Source: Terriglobia bacterium (GTDB lineage: Bacteria; Acidobacteriota; Terriglobia; 20CM-2-55-15). From it: 64,000 nt of DNA. The stretch is from the NCBI GenBank assembly GCA_963664115.2, contig CAXWPJ010000009.1, positions 928,001 through 992,000 on the forward strand, in the 5' to 3' direction. The position numbers and the translations under genes were made by a program. The notes under the pieces are model-generated. The model had not been told where the DNA came from and did no database searches. It was given only the letters and a program-made list of their open reading frames with translations. Below are positions 59,653 through 64,000 of this stretch, one piece after another; the first letter of the stretch is position 1, and each line of letters starts with the position of its first letter.

Positions 59653-62600
59653 ATGAGAATGCGACCGATTAGATTGATGTTTGGGATGATCGCCGTCCTT
59701 GCGCTGAGTTCGACTGCGTTTGGACAGGCCACAGCTCAAATTAGCGGCACCGTGCAAGACGCGACGGGCGCGCTAATTCCGGGCGCGGAAGTGACAGTGA
59801 CTCAAATTGACACCGGTGCGAACCGCCTGGCGGTGACCAACGAAACCGGATCCTACGTTCTAACCAGTCTGCCAATTGGCCCCTATCGGCTTGAAGCAGT
59901 CTTGCCGGGGTTCCAGACCTTTGTCCAGACGGGAATCGTCCTGCAGGTCAATGGCGCACCTGTCGTCAATGTCACCCTCAATGTGGGTCAGGTCACGCAA
60001 ACCATCGAGGTGCAGGCGAACGCGGCCATGGTCGAGACCCGCACCGTCGGGGTCGGCCAGATGATGGCTGGCGCGCAGCTGCTGGAACTGCCCCTCAACG
60101 GGCGCAACGCCACCGAGCTGATTCTGCTCTCGGGGGGCGCCGTCGACATGGGGGAGACTTCCAACACGTCTTTCGCCGGCAGGCTGCGGGTCTCGGTCGG
60201 GGGTAGCCAGGGTTATGGAACGATGTACAGTCTCGACGGAATCCAGCACTATTCTCCCTACGACGGCGTGGGCCTGCCCCTGCCGTTTCCCGATGCGCTG
60301 GAGGAGTTCCGGGTCGAAACCAGCGGGCTCACGGCAAAGAACGGGCGATCCGCCTCGGTGGGCGCGGTGACAAAGTCTGGGACGAATCAATATCACGGCG
60401 ACCTGTTCTGGTTTGTCCGCAACGACCTGTTCAATGCCCGACATTATTTTGCGGACAAGGGCAGCACGCTCAAGCGCAACCAGTATGGCGGCACGATCGG
60501 CGGACCCATTCTCCAGAACAAGCTCTTTTTCTTTGGTGGCTACCAGGGCACCATCACCGTACAAGACCCGGCGGACACGCGGTCCTTCGTTCCTACTGCG
60601 GCGATGATGGCCGGCGATTTCACAGAGTACGCTTCCGCGGCTTGTGCGGGCGGGGGGGGGACCACTCTCAATGCACCTTTCGTCAACAACCGGATCGATC
60701 CGGCACTGTTCAGCCCGGCGGCGGTGAACCTTGCTGGGCGTATTCCGAGGTCAACCGACCCTTGCGGTGAAATTACCTACGGGCAAAGGGAAGACATTGA
60801 CCTGGCGCAGCTCGTTTCGCGGGTGGACTATGAAATTAACGACTCGCATTCCATGTTCGGGCGGTTTCTATATGACTACGATGACCGACCCAGCGCCTTA
60901 TCGCACACCCCGGACTTCGCCTTGAACTCAAACACGAGGAGCTTCAACAACCACGCCACGGCGTTCGCCTTCGGCGTCACCTCTCTGTTCGGTGGGACTA
61001 CAGTGAACTCGTTCCGTATAGCGGCCAGCAAGACGAACGTCCAGCGCGGCGGGGAGGAGTTTTTCAGCGCCTCCGATCTTGGGGTTCAAAATCACTTCAC
61101 CTATGTCCCGAATTTCATGACCATAGTGATGGACGACGGGTTTGATATCGGCGGCAGGAGCATCGCGAGGGCCCGCTTCAGGACTACCTTCCTCCAGCTG
61201 GCTGACGATGTGCAAATGGTCAAGGGCAACCATCAGGTTTCGTTCGGCGGAAGCATCGGGCATGCGCATCTGGTCTATCGACCCACTCCGAATGCCCCGG
61301 GCATTTTCGAGTTCGACGGTGGGACTACCGGCTTGGTCCTGGGGGACTTCCTCCTCGGGAACTTGGCCGAATACAGGCAGGGCGCCCCCACCAACAATGT
61401 TCTCAGGCAGACCCAGACTAACCTGTATGTGCAGGACGTCTGGCAATTGACACCCCGGTTGACGGCCAATTATGGCATCCGCTGGGCGCCCAATATACCG
61501 ATGCGGGATCAGACCAATCCGGTGGCGGCCGTGATGACGTTCAATATGGACAATTACCGGGCGGGGATCGTGAGCACCACCTACCCGAATGCTCCGGCGG
61601 GTCTGCTCTACTCTGGCGACGCCGGTTATGAGCTTTCGAATAGGGAGGTCATGCTGCCGAATTGGACAAATTTTGGACCGCGTCTGGGCCTGGCCTGGGA
61701 CGTGACCGGAGACGGCCGCACATCGCTCAGGGCATCTTACGGGATCACTACAGACGAATTCCCTCTGCGGTTGCGGGGCGGGAACTCGACCGGGCAAGCG
61801 CCGTTTGGTAATGACATCAGACAGGATACACCGGGGGGGGGCTTCGACAATCCATGGCGGGACTATCCGGGCGGGAATCCATTCCCGACATCACTGGGCC
61901 CCGATGCGCTATTTCCGTTCGAGGACGCGGACTATGAATCGCAGCCAGCTCGTGTTCCGCCGACCACCGTGGGTTCGTGGAATATCAGTCTCCAGAGGGA
62001 GCTTGCGACAGACTGGCTTCTGTCGGCGAGCTATACGGGAAGCCAGATTTACCATCTCTGGGGCATGAACGCTCTCAATGACGGAATCTTCGTTCCGGGC
62101 GAAACTGATGCGAACGGAAACTGTACTTTTGGAACCTATACGTTCAAGGCGGATAGCCGCGGCCGGGAAGGCCGCGATTGCTCCACCCGGAGTGGGAGCA
62201 ATGTTGATCTGCGGCGGACCTTGCGCATGATAGATCCGGTGGAGGGAGTGCAAATTGGACAACTGGGGGAATATGACTATGGCAACACCCAGAGCTACAA
62301 CGCCATGATCGTCTCCCTCGAGCGTCGCGCCGCGGACGGCGTGACCATGACCGGCAACTATACCTGGTCTCACTGCGTCGGTTACTTCGGGGGCCGGGCC
62401 GCCACCGGGACCAGTTTAAGAGTTCGGGACACCTTCCGGATCAACAACGACCGCAGTTTCGATCGCGGCAATTGCGTTCAGGACGTGCGGCACACCATGA
62501 ACCTCAGAGGCGTGGCCGAAACTCCCGAATTCGCTAATTCAACGCTGCGAGCCGTGGGGTCGGGTTGGCGGATGGCGCTGATCTACCGGGTGAGGTCAGG

Positions 62601-63003
62601 CTCCACACTTGCCACAAGCACGGGTACTGACCGCGCCTTGACCGGCCAGCACCGAACAATCCAACGGCCCGACGTGGCCGGGTCACCGTACACCGGCGAT
62701 TCCGGGCCCGGTGCTCGATACCTGAGCACGGATGCGATCACGCAGCCGGCTAGTGGCACGCATGGCAATTTGGGCTGGAACGCCCTCTATGGCCCCACGC
62801 AATGGCAATTCGACGTGGCCTTGACCCGGTCATTCCAGCTCACCGAGGCGCAGAGTGTTGAGTTCCGAGTCGAAGCGTACAACCTGACCAATAGCTTCCG
62901 GGCCTCGAATCCGGCGGTTCGCCTCAACATAAGCACTTTCGGAGTAATCCGAGACTCTGATGACCCGAGGATCTTGCAGTTCGCGATTAAGTACGTCTTC
63001 TAA
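59653..63003 (+). CDS. TonB-dependent receptor (Oar-like, N-terminal carboxypeptidase-regulatory domain)
   Basis: G.V.D.TGA.IPGA.V, LPLNGRN, TKSGTN..HG, PR.G.AWD, C-terminal PR.LQ...K..F. Confidence 0.93.
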   Translation: MRMRPIRLMFGMIAVLALSSTAFGQATAQISGTVQDATGALIPGAEVTVTQIDTGANRLAVTNETGSYVLTSLPIGPYRLEAVLPGFQTFVQTGIVLQVNGAPVVNVTLNVGQVTQTIEVQANAAMVETRTVGVGQMMAGAQLLELPLNGRNATELILLSGGAVDMGETSNTSFAGRLRVSVGGSQGYGTMYSLDGIQHYSPYDGVGLPLPFPDALEEFRVETSGLTAKNGRSASVGAVTKSGTNQYHGDLFWFVRNDLFNARHYFADKGSTLKRNQYGGTIGGPILQNKLFFFGGYQGTITVQDPADTRSFVPTAAMMAGDFTEYASAACAGGGGTTLNAPFVNNRIDPALFSPAAVNLAGRIPRSTDPCGEITYGQREDIDLAQLVSRVDYEINDSHSMFGRFLYDYDDRPSALSHTPDFALNSNTRSFNNHATAFAFGVTSLFGGTTVNSFRIAASKTNVQRGGEEFFSASDLGVQNHFTYVPNFMTIVMDDGFDIGGRSIARARFRTTFLQLADDVQMVKGNHQVSFGGSIGHAHLVYRPTPNAPGIFEFDGGTTGLVLGDFLLGNLAEYRQGAPTNNVLRQTQTNLYVQDVWQLTPRLTANYGIRWAPNIPMRDQTNPVAAVMTFNMDNYRAGIVSTTYPNAPAGLLYSGDAGYELSNREVMLPNWTNFGPRLGLAWDVTGDGRTSLRASYGITTDEFPLRLRGGNSTGQAPFGNDIRQDTPGGGFDNPWRDYPGGNPFPTSLGPDALFPFEDADYESQPARVPPTTVGSWNISLQRELATDWLLSASYTGSQIYHLWGMNALNDGIFVPGETDANGNCTFGTYTFKADSRGREGRDCSTRSGSNVDLRRTLRMIDPVEGVQIGQLGEYDYGNTQSYNAMIVSLERRAADGVTMTGNYTWSHCVGYFGGRAATGTSLRVRDTFRINNDRSFDRGNCVQDVRHTMNLRGVAETPEFANSTLRAVGSGWRMALIYRVRSGSTLATSTGTDRALTGQHRTIQRPDVAGSPYTGDSGPGARYLSTDAITQPASGTHGNLGWNALYGPTQWQFDVALTRSFQLTEAQSVEFRVEAYNLTNSFRASNPAVRLNISTFGVIRDSDDPRILQFAIKYVF

Positions 63004-63021
63004 GAAACTGGAAGAGATCCA

Positions 63022-63095
63022 TAGCCGGTTATCCGGGGCTCTGGCGAGAGTTCGAAAAACTTCGGTCTCGCTAGGGCCGGATAACCGGCTTTTTT
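63022..63095 (+). terminator. Terminator-like long hairpin
   Basis: AGCCGGTTATCCGG...CCGGATAACCGGCT followed by a T run. Confidence 0.65.
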
Positions 63096-63789
63096 AGTTC
63101 AATCGTTCTAACGCGGACAGCAGTGATCGATCCGCGGCTCTCGCCCATTGCGTCATCGGGCGGGCGAGTCCGGGCGAACGAGCGTAGAAAGCGCCACCTC
63201 ACTCGCAGTTGTGAACTTCCTCTCGCAATCGGGCGAATGCCTCGCACCACAACGCCACAGCGCAAAACTTTTACGCATTGCAAGAATTGAATGCGGCGAC
63301 ATACAAGACGAGACCCTCCTGGTTCTTCTGGCAAGTTTGCAGCCACTTTTGAAACTCGAAAACAGAACCCGAAAAGTGAGAAATTGAACTGCGATAGGCG
63401 GCTGTGGTATTTCGAAGGCGAATTCTGATCGATTAAAACTGCACCGCCATTCCTGAAAGTTATTTTCGAATCCGACTCACTCAAATCAGAAGTTTCGAAA
63501 CTTAAATCAGCATGCCTCAAGGTGGCTTCGACATTTTGAAAGATGGCAACACGATTCTGAAACCGCAAACCGTTCCTGAAATACAACAAACCATCCGCGC
63601 ACAGGTGTAAATTAAGAATTTTTACCCAGCTTCGAAGCATGAGTGCCTCGATGAGACAACGGGAGGTCTAATACGACACCTGGGCCCTGAAAAGCAGGTT
63701 GATCGGCGTCTGATCCGTTTAAAGCATACATTGCGAAAGGTTTGTAGAAGCGGCCACGTGGTAGGGACGCGACTTGTGATGCCGGCTGA

Positions 63790-63825
63790 TTCTCACTGTC
63801 CGACAATCTTGTCGGACGTTGAGAA
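63790..63825. repeat. Site copy K (two right arms head-to-head)
   Basis: TTCTCACTGTCCGACAA-TC-TTGTCGGACGTTGAGAA. Confidence 0.8.
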
Positions 63826-63941
63826 ATCCCGTATTCAGTGAAAAATTGTTATCTAGTTCCAGATAATTGTAGTTATCCCGCCGAATACTGACAACGTAAG
63901 ACACGTTCTAAATAACATGACATCCGTGCTATCGTGGTAAC

Positions 63942-64000
63942 GTGATCCATTCGTTTCGCGACGGCGGCACGGAAGATATTTTCAATGGAGCGGAAACCAA
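63942..64000 (+). CDS. Start of a HigB-like (RelE/ParE) toxin, truncated by window edge
   Basis: MIHSFRDGGTEDIFNG matches the typical HigB N-terminus MI.SF....TE..F.G. Confidence 0.65.
   Translation, partial: MIHSFRDGGTEDIFNGAET

Noticed and set aside
63071-63640. 189-aa minus-strand ORF
   Set aside because: No recognizable motif, and it runs into the terminator hairpin; coding status unsupported

Overview
GC-rich bacterial accessory region. The gene content (Oar-like TonB receptor, kinase with TolB/PD40 propeller, DUF6152, DUF1549/1553 plus DUF1501) resembles Acidobacteriota, which is an inference. The left ~30 kb is a mosaic of short gene modules separated by about 9 copies of a ~40-bp quasi-palindromic site, (TTC)TCAAGTCCTGACAA-ATCATC-TTGTCGGACGTTGAGAA. 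The site has Xer/dif-like arm-6 bp-arm geometry, and five copies directly follow the 3' tip of one Ser/Thr kinase gene family. An IS110/IS1111 element sits exactly inside one of these sites, and its downstream non-coding region has bridge/seek-RNA-like loops matching both that site and the element's own junction. Five other IS copies are all inserted at CTAG. The window holds 8 DUF6152-like His-His proteins and 9 paralogous ~280-aa partner proteins. The right half is an exported redox/metal locus: cytochromes c, a double cupredoxin, DUF1549/1553, DUF1501, an FGE-sulfatase-domain protein, an HMA protein and a TonB receptor. It also carries two tandem beta-propeller genes that both have an in-frame UGA at the same position followed by an identical SECIS-like hairpin, making them candidate new selenoproteins. 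Family names come from motif recognition, not database searches.
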